NCBI RefSeq assembly: GCF_902652985.1
Contig: NC_047028.1
Location: 24,366,001-24,430,000 of the forward strand
Origin: Pecten maximus
Lineage: Eukaryota
DNA length: 64,000 nt
Direction: 5' to 3'
The translations under genes and the position numbers were made by a program. Positions 25,940 to 38,671 of the stretch are shown here, piece after piece. Every line of letters begins with the position of its first letter. Within the stretch, counting starts at the first letter, position 1. The notes beneath the pieces were generated by a model, which made no database searches, was not told the DNA's origin, and was given only the letters and a program-made list of their open reading frames with translations.

Positions 25940-26340
25940 TTGGGAACTTACGTGGTAAGTTTGAAACATTTTCTTTAACATCGTCTATACAATACAAAAA
26001 CGTTATAGACCTAAGACCGACCCCTGGGGCACTCCAGAAGACGAGTTGTATCCGTTGTGCCGTTGAGTCCATGCTATGCTTTCGTTGCTATTCGGGCATG
26101 CCTTCATCATACTTAGAAGACGCATCTGGTGTACAGTGTAAAATGCCTTCTGGAAGTCCATACATATAAATCGAATGTTATATTGTTGTCAAAGGTTTCA
26201 GTCGATTTATCTATCACTTCCACAAAACTGCAGCGATGATGATCTGCCCGTTACAAACCCGTACTGATGGTTTGAAAGCAGAAAAAAAATCGTTTTAAGT
26301 TCTTCACAATAATGACAGATTCCAGTATTGTCATAAACTG
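25940..26340 (-). mobile_element. Degenerate CR1-type LINE reverse transcriptase fragment
   Basis: Minus-strand motifs HQYGFVTGRSS, MDFQKAF and SGVPQGSVLG, interrupted by frameshifts. Confidence 0.8.
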
Positions 26341-26447
26341 TTTAATACATGATTGCGATGCTCTTTGTGAATGCCATTATTGTGTGCAATCTTGAAACAT
26401 TTTATTATTTCATATTATATATTAAACTATATTTTACATTTTTTTAG

Positions 26448-27550
26448 CGTTGAGCCCGAGCCAGGATATGCCCAAAGATTGCTCCATTTTTTCATAGGAA
26501 CAGAGATTAAGAAATTGTGCCCAAAGCCTATCTTTTTTACGTGGGTAAGTACTGAGCTTCATCCGCTTATGTAACCTTGGTGAATTCTGAAGCATTCAAA
26601 CGGAACATTAAATTAAGTTTATTACTTGGAAAATAATATTTATTCCATTCATAGAACATTGGAAAAGATATATATAATGCAGTCGTCAGCGCCATTACAA
26701 ACGTGATGATCGGCTGGATTTTAAGGTGTTTTGGAAAATTTGTCCACAAGAGATTATTTCTGGTGGTTTCAAGGATCCTGAAATGGAAACTTCGTAAGTG
26801 AAAAAAGTTTGATTATTTTTTCATGTTCCAATGTAATCCTTTTGACCTTTTACCTCCAGGTAGAAATGTATTCACTGCTCAACATTAGATATGCTCATGC
26901 GTAAATTTGTCCTCGTTTAAATGCGTAAATGAAGTATATTGAAGAAACGCCAATATACTATACAAAGAATGTCAATATGTCGCAATTCACAAAACGCTCT
27001 CCCTAGTTTGTACAGGCTTTGCTCGGATCATTTGTAGTACTTTTCCACTCGTAACATAATATCTGCTTGTACAGGTCCTATCCTCTGTCGTAATATATAT
27101 ATCAACTTGTACAGGTCCTTCCTTCTGTCGTAACATGTTCATATATATGTCAACTTGTACAGGTCCTTCCTTCTGTCGTAACATGTTCATCGTCGGGTAC
27201 AATGTCAAGATTTTATCCTCATCAACATTGATTGCTACAAATCATTCACTAACACAATATCTACTTGTTCAGACACGCCCCATTGCTCTTACTGTGGAAC
27301 TTCTCCTTGCCAAGTTGATCGAAGACGCTTTTGGAAACCCTCCGAGCCTCGCCCGAGGGTAAGGGCTAATCTTGTTGAACGGTCCAATGTTATGAAACGT
27401 TTCAGCCGTGAACTGGAATTATGTGTGGAAATGACAAACGAACTGCCTCAGGATTATACGTACTGGGTGAGGAAGTTCTGCCAGCGATTCGGCGAAGAGC
27501 AACTGATCCTCTTTCCCCTATGCATCCAGAGGCAGATAAACTATTGGTAC
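26448..27550 (+). other. Candidate unidentified spliced gene fragment, copy 1 (exons 26448-26544, 26655-26793, 27315-~27550)
   Basis: AG acceptors and GTAAGT donors with compatible phases give a continuous open frame; homologous to the copy at 31978-34470; no recognisable domain. Confidence 0.4.
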
Positions 27551-30500
27551 CCTCTCCCTCACTTGGTAGGTACCCTCTCCCTCACTTGGTAAGTACTCGC
27601 TCCCTCACTTGGTAAGTACCCTCTCCCTCACTTGGTAGGTACCCTCTCCCTCACTTGGTAGGTACCCTCTCCCTCACTTGGTAAGTACCCTCTCCCTCAC
27701 TTGGTAGGTACCCTCTCCCTCACTTGGTAGGTACCCTCTCCCTCACTTGGTAGGTACCCTCTCCCTCACTTGGTAGGTACTCTCTCCCTCACTTGGTAGG
27801 TACCCTCTCCCTCACTTGGTAGGTACCCTATCCCTCACTTGGTAAGTACCCTCTCCCTCACTTGGTAGGTACCCTTTCCCTATCTTGGTAGGTAACCTAT
27901 CCCTCACTTGGTAGGTACCCTCCCCCTCACTTGGTAGGTACCCTTTCCCTATCTTGGTAGGTACCCTCTCCCTCACTTGGTAGGTACCCTCTCCCTCACT
28001 TGGTAGGTACCCTCTCCCTCACTTGGTAAGTACCCTCTCCCTTACTTGGTAAGTACCCTCTCCCTTACTTGGTAAGTACCCTCTCCCTCACTTGGTAGGT
28101 ACCCTCTCCCTCACTTGGTAAGTACCCTATCCCTCACTTGGTAGGTACCCTCTCCCTCACTTGGTAGGTACCCTTTCCCTATCTTGGTAGGTACCCTCTC
28201 CCTCACTTGGTAGGTACCCTCTCCCTCACTTGGTAGGTACCCTCTCCCTCACTTGGTAGGTACCCTCTCCCTCACTTGGTAGGTACCCTCTCCCTCACTT
28301 GGTAGGTACCCTTTCCCTCATCTTGGTAGGTACCCTCTCCCTCACTTGGTAGGTACCCTTTCCCTATCTTGGTAGGTACCCTCTCCCTCACTTGGTAGGT
28401 ACCCTCTCCCTCACTTGGTAGGTACCCTCTCCCTCTCTTGGTAGGTACCCTCTCCCTCACTTGGTAGGTACCCTCTCCCTCACTTGGTAGGTACCCTCTC
28501 CCTCACTTGGTAGGTACCCTCTCCCTCACTTGGTAGGTACCCTCTCCCTCACTTGGTAGGTACCCTCTCCCTCACTTGGTAGGTACCCTCTCCCTCACTT
28601 TGTAGGTACCCTCTCCCTCACTTGGTAAGTACCCTCTCCCTTACTTGGTAGGTACCCTCTCCCTCACTTGGTAGGTACCCTCTCATTCACTTGGTAGGTA
28701 CCCTATCCCTTACTTGGTAGGTACCCTCTCCCTCACTTGGTAGGTACCCTATCCCTCACTTGGTAGGTACCCTATCCCTCACTTGGTAGGTACACTCTCC
28801 CTTACTTGGTAGGTACACTCTCCCTCACTTGGTAGGTACCCTATCCCTCACTTGGTAGGTACCCTATCCCTCACTTGGTAGGTTCCCTCTCCCGCGCTTG
28901 GTAGGTAACCTCTCCCTCACTTGGTAGGTACCCTCTCCCTCACTTGGTAGGTACCCTCTCCTTCACTTGGTAGGTACCCTCTCCCTCATTTGGTAGGTAT
29001 CCTCTCCCTTACTTGGTAGGTACCCTCTTCCTTACTTGGTAAAGTACCCTGTCCCTCACTTGGTAGGTACCCTCTCCCTCACTTGGTAGGTACCCTCTCC
29101 CTCACTTGGTAGGTACCCTATCCCTTACTTGGTAGGTACACTCTCCCTCACTTGGTAGGTACCCTATCCCTCACTTGGTAGGTACCCTATCCCTCACTTG
29201 GTAGGTACACTCTCCCTTACTTGGTAGGTACACTCTCCCTCACTTGGTAGGTACCCTCTCCCTCACTTGGTAGGTACCCTCTCCCTCACTTGGTAGGTAC
29301 CCTCTCCCTCACTTGGTAGGTACCCTCTCCCTCACTTGGTAGGTACCCTCTCCCTCACTTGGTAAGTACCCTCTCCTCACTTGGTAGGTACCCTCTCCCT
29401 CACTTGGTAGGTACCCTCTCCCTCACTTGGTAGGTACCCTCTCCCTCACTTGGTAAGTACCCTTCCCTCACTTGGTAGGTACCCTCTCCCTCACTTGGTA
29501 GGTACCCTCTCCCTCACTTGGTAGGTACCCTCTCCCTCACTTGATAGGTACCCTCTCCCTCACTTGGTAGGTACCCTCTCCCTCACTTGGTAAGGTACCC
29601 TCTCCCTCACTTGGTAGGTACCCTCTCCTCACTTGGTAGGTACCCTCTCCCTCACTTGGTAGGTACCCTCTCCCTCACTTGGTAGGTACCCTCTCTATCA
29701 CTTGGTAGGTACCCTCTCCTTCACTTGGTAGGTACCCTCTCCCTCACTTGGTAAGTACCCTCTCCCTCACTTGGTAGGTACCCTCTCTATCACTTGGTAG
29801 GTTACCCTCTCCCTCACTTGGTAAGTACTCGCTCCCTCACTTGGTAGGTAACCTCTCCCTCACTTGGTAAGTACCCTCTCCCTCAATTGATAGGTACCCT
29901 GTCCCTCACTTGGTAGGTACCATCTCCCTCACTTGGTAAGTACCCTCTTCCTCACTTGGTAGGTACCCTCTCCCTCACTTGGTAAGTACCCTCTCCCTCA
30001 CTTGGTAGGTACCCTATCCCTCACTTGGTAGGTACCCTATCCCTTACTTGGTAGGTACCCTCTCCCTCACTTGGTAGGTACCCTCTCCCTCACTTGGTAG
30101 GTTCCCTCTCCCTCACTTGGTAGGTACCCTCTCCCTCACTTGGTAAGTACCCTCTCCCTCACTTGGTAAGTACCCTCTCCCTCACTTGGTAGGTACCCTC
30201 TCCCTCACTTGGTAGGTACCCTCTCCCTCACTTGGTAGGTACCCTCTCCCTCACTTGGTAGGTACCCTCTCCCTCACTTGGTAGGTACCCTCTCCCTCAC
30301 TTGTAGTACCTCTCCTCACTTGGTAAGTACCCTCTCCTCACTTGGCTAGGTACCCTATCCCTCACTTGGTAGGTACCCTATCCCTCACTTGGTAGGTTCC
30401 CTCTCCCTCACTTGGTAGGTAACCTCTCCCTCACTTGGTAGGTACCCTCTCCCTCACTTGGTAGGTACCCTCTCCCTTCACTTGGTAGGTACCCTCTCCC

Positions 30501-31415
30501 TTCACTTGGTAGGTACCCTCTCCCTCATTTGGTAGGTATCCCTCTCCCTTCACTTGGTAGGTACCCTCTTCCCTTACTTGGTAGGTACCCTGTCCCTCAC
30601 TTGGTAGGTACCCCTTCCCTCACTTGGTAGGTACCCTCTCCCTCACTTGGTAGGTACCCTCTCCCTCACTTGGTAGGTACCCTCTCCCTCACTTGGTAGG
30701 TACCCTCTCCCTTACTTGGTAGGTACCCTCTCCCTCACTTGGTAGGTACCCTATCCCTCACTTGGAAGGTACCCTCTCCTTCACTTGGTAGGTACCCTCT
30801 CCCTCACTTGGTAGGTACCCTCTCCCTCACTTGGTAGGTACCCTCTCCCTCACTTGGTAGGTACCCTCTCCCTCACTTGGTAAGTACCCTGTCCCTCACT
30901 TGGTAGTTACCCTCTCCCTCACTTGGTAGTTACCCTCTCCCTCACTTGGTAGTTACCCTCTCCCTCACTTGGTAGGTACCCTCTCCTTCACTTGGTAGGT
31001 ACCCTTTCCCTATCTTGGTAGGTACCCTCTCCCTCACTTGGTAAGTACCCTCTCCCTCACTTGGTAGGTACCCTCTCCCTCACTTGGTAGGTACCCTCTC
31101 CCTTACTTGGTAGGTACCCTCTCCCTCACTTGGTAGGTACCCTCTCCCTCACTTGGTAAGTACCCTGTCCCTCACTTGGTAGGTACCCTCACCCTCACTT
31201 GATAGGTACCCTCTCCCTCACTTGGTAGGTACCCTCTCCCTCACTTGGTAGGTACCCTGTCCCTCACTTGGTAAGTACCCTCTCCCTCACTTGGTAGGTA
31301 CCCTCTCCCTCACTTGGTAGGTACCCTCTCCCTCACTTGGTAGGTACCCTCTCCCTCACTTGGTAGGTACCCTCTCCCTCACTTGGTAGGTACCCTCTCC
31401 CTCACTTGGTAGGTA
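27545..31415. repeat. 23-bp minisatellite (ctcacttggtaggtaccctctcc)n, ~3.9 kb
   Basis: 23-bp periodicity; most units contain GGTACC. Confidence 0.98.
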
Positions 31416-31977
31416 CAATGTCCCTTCTTAAGTGTAGGTAGAGATTCTTTATCAATTTGTAGACATGGTGATAATGTATTACCTGATATCACGTAATAGA
31501 ATCCCTCTATATCATTGACAATAACTTTATCTGCCAGCCCGGCAGATTCACAGACTATGTGACTTTAATGTATTTCAGTGTTTGGCGTAAGAACAGGGAC
31601 CTGATAATATTATAAAGTTCATGTATGTTTGGACATATTCTTGTGTGATACACACTAGGAGATTTCAAGATGCACATGTATACGAAGTAGGTTTTATTTT
31701 TTATTTGGGAAGGAGGGGAAGTGTGTGTGTGTGGGGGGGGGGGGGGGGGGGGAGCTAAATTACCATCCGGTAAAAATGATACTCATCTGTGCTCTACCCT
31801 GTAGGATTAGGGACGGGGGTGGGGGTGGGGGTTTAAGTGGTCTTGTGATGGCTGAGGGAGATACTGTATTGTCATAAACTGTTTGATACGTGATTGCAAT
31901 GTTCTTTTCGAATGCCATTATTGTTTTCAGTGCAATCTTGAAATATTTTATCAGAAACTATCTTTTACATTATGTAG

Positions 31978-34470
31978 CGTTGAGCCCGAGCCAGGATATG
32001 TCCAAAGATTGCTCCGTTTTTTCATAGGAACAGAGATGAGGAAATGGTACCCAAAGCCTATCTTTTTACGTGGGTAAGTACTGAGCTTCATCCGCTTATG
32101 TAATTTTGGTGAATTCTGAAGCATTCAAACGGAACTTTTGATTAAGTTTATTACTTCGAAAATAATTTTTATTTATTCCATTCATAGAACATTAGAAATG
32201 ATATATCCAATGGAGTCTTCTACGCCATTAAAAAACGTGATGATCGGCTGGATTTTAAGGTGTATTGGAAAATTTGTCCACAAGAGATTATTGCTGGTGG
32301 TTTCAAGGATCCTGAAATGGAAAATTCGTAAGTGTAAAAAGTTTGATTATTTTTTCATGTTCCAATGTAATCCTCCTGACTTCTTACCTCGAGGTAGAAA
32401 TGTATTCACTGCTCAACATTAGATATGCTCATGAGTAAATTTGTCCTCAGTTAAATGCGTACATACATATCTACTTGTACATGTCCTTCCCTCTGTAGTA
32501 ACATACATATCTACTTGTACAGGACCATCCCTCTGTAGTAACATACATATCTACTTGTACAGGTCCTACCCTCTGTCGTAACATACATATCTACTTGTAC
32601 AGGTCCTTCCCTCTGTAGTAACATACATATCTACTTGTACAGGTCCTTCCCTCTGTAGTAACATACATATCTACTGATACAGGTCCTTCCCTCTGTAGTA
32701 ACATACATATCTACTTGTACAGGTCCTACCCTCTGTAGTAACATACATATCTACTTGTACAGGTCCTACCCTCTGTAGTAACATACATATCTACTTGTAC
32801 AGGTCCTTCCCTCTGTAGTAACATACATATCTACTTGTACAGGTCCTACCCTCTGTAGTAACATACATATCTACTTGTACAGGTCCTTCCCTCTGTAGTA
32901 ACATACATATCTACTTGTACAGGTCCTACCCTCTGTAGTAACATACATATCTACTTGTACAGGTCCTTCCCTCTGTAGTAACATACATATCTACTTGTAC
33001 AGGTCCTACCCTCTGTAGTAACATACATATCTACTTGTACAGGTCCTTCCCTCTGTAGTAACATACATATCTACTTGTACAGGTCATTCCCTCTGTAGTA
33101 ACATACATATCTACTTGTACAGGTCCTTCCCTCTGTAGTAACATTACATATCTACTTGTACAGGTCCTTCCCTCTGTGGTAACATACATATCTACTTGTA
33201 CAGGTCCTTCCCTCTGTAGTAACATACATATCGACTTGTACAGGTCCTTCCCTCTGTTGTAACATACATATCTACTTGTACAGGTCCTTCCCTCTGTCGT
33301 AACATACATATCTACTTATACAGGTCCTTCCCTCTGTCGTAACATACATATCTACTTGTACAGGTCCTTCCTCTGTCGTAACATACATATCTACTTGTAC
33401 ATGTCACTCCCTCTGTCGTAACATACATATCTACTTGTACAGGTCCTTCCCTCTGTCGTAACATACATACCTACTTGTACATGTCCTTCCCTCTGTCGTA
33501 ACATACATATCTACTTGTACAGGTCCTTCCCTCTGTCGTAACATACATATCTACTTGTACAGGTCCTTCCTCTGTCGTAACATACATATCTACTTGTACA
33601 GGTCCTTCCCTCTGTCGTAACATACATATCTACTTGTACAGGTCCTTCCCTCTGTCGTAACATACATACCTACTTGTACATGTCCTTCCCTCTGTCGTAA
33701 CATACATATCTACTTGTACAGGTCCTTCCCTCTGTCGTAACATACATATCTACTTGTACAGGTCCTTCCCTCTGTCGTAACATACATACCTGCTTGTACA
33801 GGTCCTTCCCTCTGTAGTAACATACATATCTACTTGTACAGGTCCTTACCTCTGTCGTAACATACATATCTACTTATACAGGTCCTTCCCTCTGTCGTAA
33901 CATACATATCTACTTGTACAGGTCCTACCCTCTGTCGTAACATACATATCTACTTGTACAGGTCCTTCCCTCTGTCGTAACATACATACCTGCTTGTACA
34001 TGTCCTTACCTCTGTCGTAACATACATATCTACTTATACAGGTCCTTCCCTCTGTCGTAACATACATATCTTCTTGTACAGGTCCTTCACTCTGTAGTAA
34101 CATATATACATATCTACTTGTACAGGCCCTACTCTTGTTCATCGTCCGGTACAATGACAATGACAAGATTTTATCCTCATAAACATTGATTGCTACAAAT
34201 CATTCACTAACACAATATCTACTTGTACAGGCACATCCTATTGCTCTTCTTTTGCCAAGTTGATCGAAGACGCTTTTGGAAACCCTCTGAGCCTCGCCCG
34301 AGGGAAAGGGCTAATCGTGTTAAGCGGTCCAATGTTATGAAACTGTTCAGTCGTGAACTGGAATTATGTGTGGAAATTACAAATGAACTGCCTCGGGACA
34401 ATACGTACTGGGCGAGGAAGTTCTGCCAGCGATTCGGCGAGGAATACCTGATCATCTTCTTGATGGGGGT
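31978..34470 (+). other. Candidate unidentified spliced gene fragment, copy 2 (exons 31978-32073, 32188-32327, 34260-~34470)
   Basis: Same splice signals as copy 1 and an open frame across the junctions; part of the duplication 26326-27515 / 31866-34455. Confidence 0.4.
32460..34128. repeat. 40-bp minisatellite (acatacatatctacttgtacaggtccttccctctgt[a/c]gta)n, ~41 units
   Basis: 40-bp periodicity; only ~3 degenerate units at the paralogous site 27050-27185. Confidence 0.97.
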
Positions 34471-34519
34471 GGGGGTGGGTTTATAAATGCCATATACAGC
34501 TCGGCTATGAAGAAAAAAA

Positions 34520-35455
34520 ATGTATTAAGAACATTTATAAATCTATAAATCTTTTATCATGCCAGTTTTAGAATATCCATGTGAAGTATGGGATGGTTGT
34601 ACTAAATTTGAAACTGAATTGTTAGAGAAAGCTCAAAGGGACGCTGCCCGTATCATAACCGGCCTTTCCTCGTAAGCGTATAAAATGCATAATAAGTTAT
34701 CTCCGGACTGTTTAAATGATCTGATTCCTCCTACAGTTTCAGAAAATAACCGATACGCTCTTAGAAATAACAGTTATTATCGAGTTCCTCCTTTGGGGCT
34801 TTTTAAAACGAATCTCTCGTTTATAACTTCCACTATTCGTAGTTGGAACTTGTTAGATCTATCTGTGTGATCTTTGCCTTCCCTTAATTTGTTCAAAAAC
34901 TCTATCAACTCAAATGTACAACCATCTCCACCTATCTGCTACAGTTTTGGTGAAAGAAAGTTAAACATTTTACATACTAGATTGAGGCACAATTGTAGTG
35001 TTCTCAAATATGATCTGTATCGAGTAAATCTTATCAATGATCCGTTTTGCACCTGTGGACATCCTTGTGAAAATGCCTTTCATTTTTTCTTTGAATGCAA
35101 ATTGTATAAATTGGAAAGATTAAATATGTTTCAAAGTTTAAATGCCTTAGGTTTGTTTTTTTGAATTAAACTTCTCCTGTTTGGAAATTCAGATCATTCT
35201 GTAGACCCAAACTCTCTTGTTTTCCGCCATGTGCAAAACTACATCAAATCCAGCAATAGATTTTGATATGTATTCTTGTACTCTTTCTTGCAAACCTGTG
35301 TCTATGTAAAATGATCTATTTATCTACTATATGCAATGATGCTTTCTCAATGATTTCATGTAATATATTTGTATCTTGGGAGAAAGCATCCATAAATTGA
35401 AAAATAACTTGTGCCTAATCCCTTGTCACAATTAAATTGGCAATAAAATATGTTT
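34520..35455 (+). mobile_element. 5'-truncated CR1/L2-group LINE 3' end, degenerate
   Basis: LYKSFIMPVLEYPCEVWDGC...AARIITGL, STIRSWNLL, NILHTRLRHNCSVL...CTCGHPCENAFHFFFEC; ends with aataaaatatgttt. Confidence 0.85.
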
Positions 35456-35494
35456 AACAGTTAAAGTCAAAAGTTGGATTAATTACCACTGGAT

Positions 35495-35716
35495 AGACGT
35501 CATCGATTTGTGTGACCGCCAGAGTGACTTGAATAACGTCATCGATTTTGTGTGACCGCTGAGTGGCCTGAATGACGTCATCGATTTGTGTGACCGCCAG
35601 AGTGGCCCGAATGACGTCATCGATTTGTGTGTCTGCCAGAGTGACATGAATAACGTCATCGATTTGTGTGACCGCTGGAGTGGCCTGAATGACGCCATCG
35701 ATTTGGGTGACCACCG
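35495..35716. repeat. ~39-bp tandem repeat (gacgtcatcgatttgtgtgaccgccagagtggcctgaat), ~6 units
   Basis: Direct inspection. Confidence 0.9.
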
Positions 35717-35995
35717 CCGTGTCTTGGATGTTTTTTTTATGTATTCCTGCCATGGTCAGTTACACTAAGAATAACTTCAATTCAATTCAATTCCCATTTC
35801 CCTCTTGGTGGGGATTGAAAAAAAGAGAAGAAGAAAAGTAATCGACAAATTCAACAAAAGGAATTTGAAAAGATTTCATACGGGCAAGTTTATTTGACCT
35901 CTTTGGGTTGTAGCTGGTCGCGTTTCACGATATTGTGTCACCAAAATGTTAAACGCTTCAGATGTACGGAAGGTTGGCGTCAAGAACGCTTCTTA

Positions 35996-36111
35996 CCATA
36001 GGTGCTTAGCACGTTAATATGTCCAAGACCGATTATAGACTAATACATATCTAAGCTTATATATTAGTCTATAATCGGTCTTGGGCATATACACGTGTTA
36101 AGCACCTATGG
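35996..36111. mobile_element. 116-bp foldback MITE with 6-bp target-site duplication TTCTTA
   Basis: ttctta|ccataggtgctta...gaccgattatagactaata...tattagtctataatcggtc...taagcacctatgg|ttctta. Confidence 0.85.
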
Positions 36112-36677
36112 TTCTTACAAATTGTTCGTTGTCCATGAAGAAAGCAAACCAAATGCAAGGGATGCAACAAACATTTTATACGCAGAAAGTCTTCGAAAAG
36201 TGTTAAGTTGCTGTCGGCGCCAAAAAAGGAAACGATTATCCACATTACTGAATTTTAGAATGTATGTAAATAAATGTATGTATGTCATATTGTATAAAAC
36301 GTATGTTAAAAAGTTCTATAGAGAAAGAGCTTCATGTGAGTTTGAAAACGTGTGACTAATCAATTTGTCCAAAAGCCAAATCGTTGTCCATGGTGTAGAA
36401 CTATGGCCAAGAAGCAGCCAGCGGCATATATCCTATAAAACCGTTACCGTTGCACGACAAAGGTCCACTAAAATATCTTTCTAGATTCTGCCTACAATTT
36501 GATTTTTGTGTAGTGGTTAATGTGAGCCATTCGAAATGTAGCCGAAAGAAAGTATTTATGTAGATTTTTTGTAGTGTCTTGGTCCAATTTTATTGTAAAT
36601 CACTGCATGCAACATATATACAGGCTCCGAGGAAAAAATGACAGTGTCTGTAATAAACTATAGTGTACGTTTTCAAT

Positions 36678-36914
36678 CTGGGCCCAGTTGTTCAAAAGGT
36701 GATTAGTGAAAATCCCATTTCTTCTTTACTTCAAATCATATGTGTGTATATCCTTCAAAATCAGCAGATATGAAGAGACTGATTGATACATTGTAGGTGT
36801 TATAGTTTAAGAAAATTTTGTCAAAAAAGTTTTACCAGAAATTATTTTGTCAGGATTTTAATATTGTTGTTAAACTGTGATTAGCCTAATCACCTTTTGA
36901 ACAACTGGGCCCTG
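36678..36914. mobile_element. MITE with ~27-bp TIRs (paralogous copy at 44227-44461)
   Basis: gggcccagttgttcaaaaggtgattag ... ctaatcaccttttgaacaactgggccc. Confidence 0.8.
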
Positions 36915-37119
36915 ATCTTAGGATTGTGTTTATTTGTTTTCTTTACGTCATTGAAACAGTAATGGTCATCTGATATAGCGCCTTCACACCAAAATGCCAT
37001 ATATGGACATGACTGCATCAGTCACCTTAAACTGAAAACGACTTAAAAGATCTTTTAACCAGCTTTAAATCTGAAAAACAAGAGTATCATGTAGAGGGAA
37101 CACAAGGTTTAAGGTGCTT

Positions 37120-37978
37120 TGTAATAAGGTATTTTTGGGGTATGTTTCGGGGTATTTTGGGGGTGTTTTGGGATATTGTTTTGTATTAATGAGTATTTGG
37201 GGTATTTCTAGGTGTAATCAGGTATTTTTGGGGTATAGTTCGGGGTATTTTGGGGGTGTCTTGGGATATTTTTTAGGTGTTAATGAGTATTTAGGGATAG
37301 TTCTAGGTGTAATCAGGTATTCTCTAAGAGTGTTTTGTGATATTTCTAGATGTTATCGGGTATTTGGGGCTATTTCTAGGTGTTATGGGTATTATAGGGG
37401 TATTTTTAGGTGTTATTTGTTATTTTGGTGTATTTGAGGATAGTTCTAAATGTTATGGGGAATTTGGGTATTTCTTGGTGTTGTAAGGTATTTTCTGGAG
37501 TGTTTTGTGATATTTCTAGATGTTATCGGATATTTGGGGGTATTTCTAGGTGTTATGGGTATTTGGGGGTATTTTTCGGTGTTATGGGTATTTGGGGCCA
37601 TTTCTAGGTGTTATGGGTATTTGGGCCCATTTCTAGGTGTTATGGGTATTTTAGGGGTATTTCTAGGTGTTATGGGTATTTTAGGGGTATTTCTAGGTGT
37701 TATGGGTATTTGGGACTATTTCTAGGTGTTATGGGTATTTGGGACTATTTCTAGGTGTTATGGGTATTTGGGGCCATTTCTAGGTGTTATGGGTATTTGG
37801 GGCCATTTCTAGGTGTTATGGGTATTTTAGGGGTATTTCTAGGTGTTATGGGTATTTTAGGGGTATTTCTAGGTGTTATGGGTATTTTAGGGGTATTTCT
37901 AGGTGTTATGGGTATTTGGGACTATTTCTAGGTGTTATGGGTATTTGGGACTATTTCTAGGTGTTATGGGTATTTTGG
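37120..37978. repeat. Degenerate 29-30 bp GT-rich minisatellite (gggtatttctaggtgttatgggtatttgg)n; paralogue at 44680-45460
   Basis: Direct inspection. Confidence 0.92.
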
Positions 37979-38671
37979 ATGTACAATACAAGGGAGGTAA
38001 CTCGTACCAGATTGTTGATTTAAATTCTATATTTTTCATAAATTTTGAATAAATAGCTGAAGGCCCTAGCACTATTATCTTATTTTGTGTTAAAATGACT
38101 TACAAAAAAGTGAAATCTGCTTGATATTTTTATTTAAATTTAATCATTACAATTTATGTAACATGTCTAATGTATATAACAATTAAAAATCAACGAATCA
38201 AAAAATAAATTTAAGATACACATACATTTGTCTGGAAATACATGTGTGCCCGTTGAAAAATTCGACATATTGTCAAATTTTCTTAAATGATATACCTCTG
38301 TTGAAAAAGGCAACAAATAATATTTCGAGAAAGCCTGGTTGGGCTTAAACAACTACCAGTAGTTAAAATTTAACAATTTTTTTTGGTAAATTTTGAATAT
38401 ATATATAATGTAATTTTATTACACTTAAAATGGCTTTTATTCTTAATGCTAATTACGATACAAAGATTATGAAAACAATATGAATTTGATTGAATCAGTC
38501 TGATTTATAAAATTATAAGTAATATCAAATATCTCATCTGGTTAAATAAAGTCAAAGTTTTACTTAACAAAGCTTTGCTTAAAGGTCCATATGCTTCAGC
38601 CTTGAACTCTTTTATGTAGAAATATTTTGTTAACCCCTAGTTATTTTTCCATATCCCTAACTTCAGCATAA

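Noticed and set aside
24378-33900. CRISPR-like appearance of the short repeat arrays
   Set aside because: Units are head-to-tail without unique spacers, there are no cas genes, and the context is eukaryotic
37114-37725. Hydrophobic Gly-rich ORFs resembling membrane proteins
   Set aside because: Translations of the GT-rich minisatellite; not conserved in frame in the paralogous array
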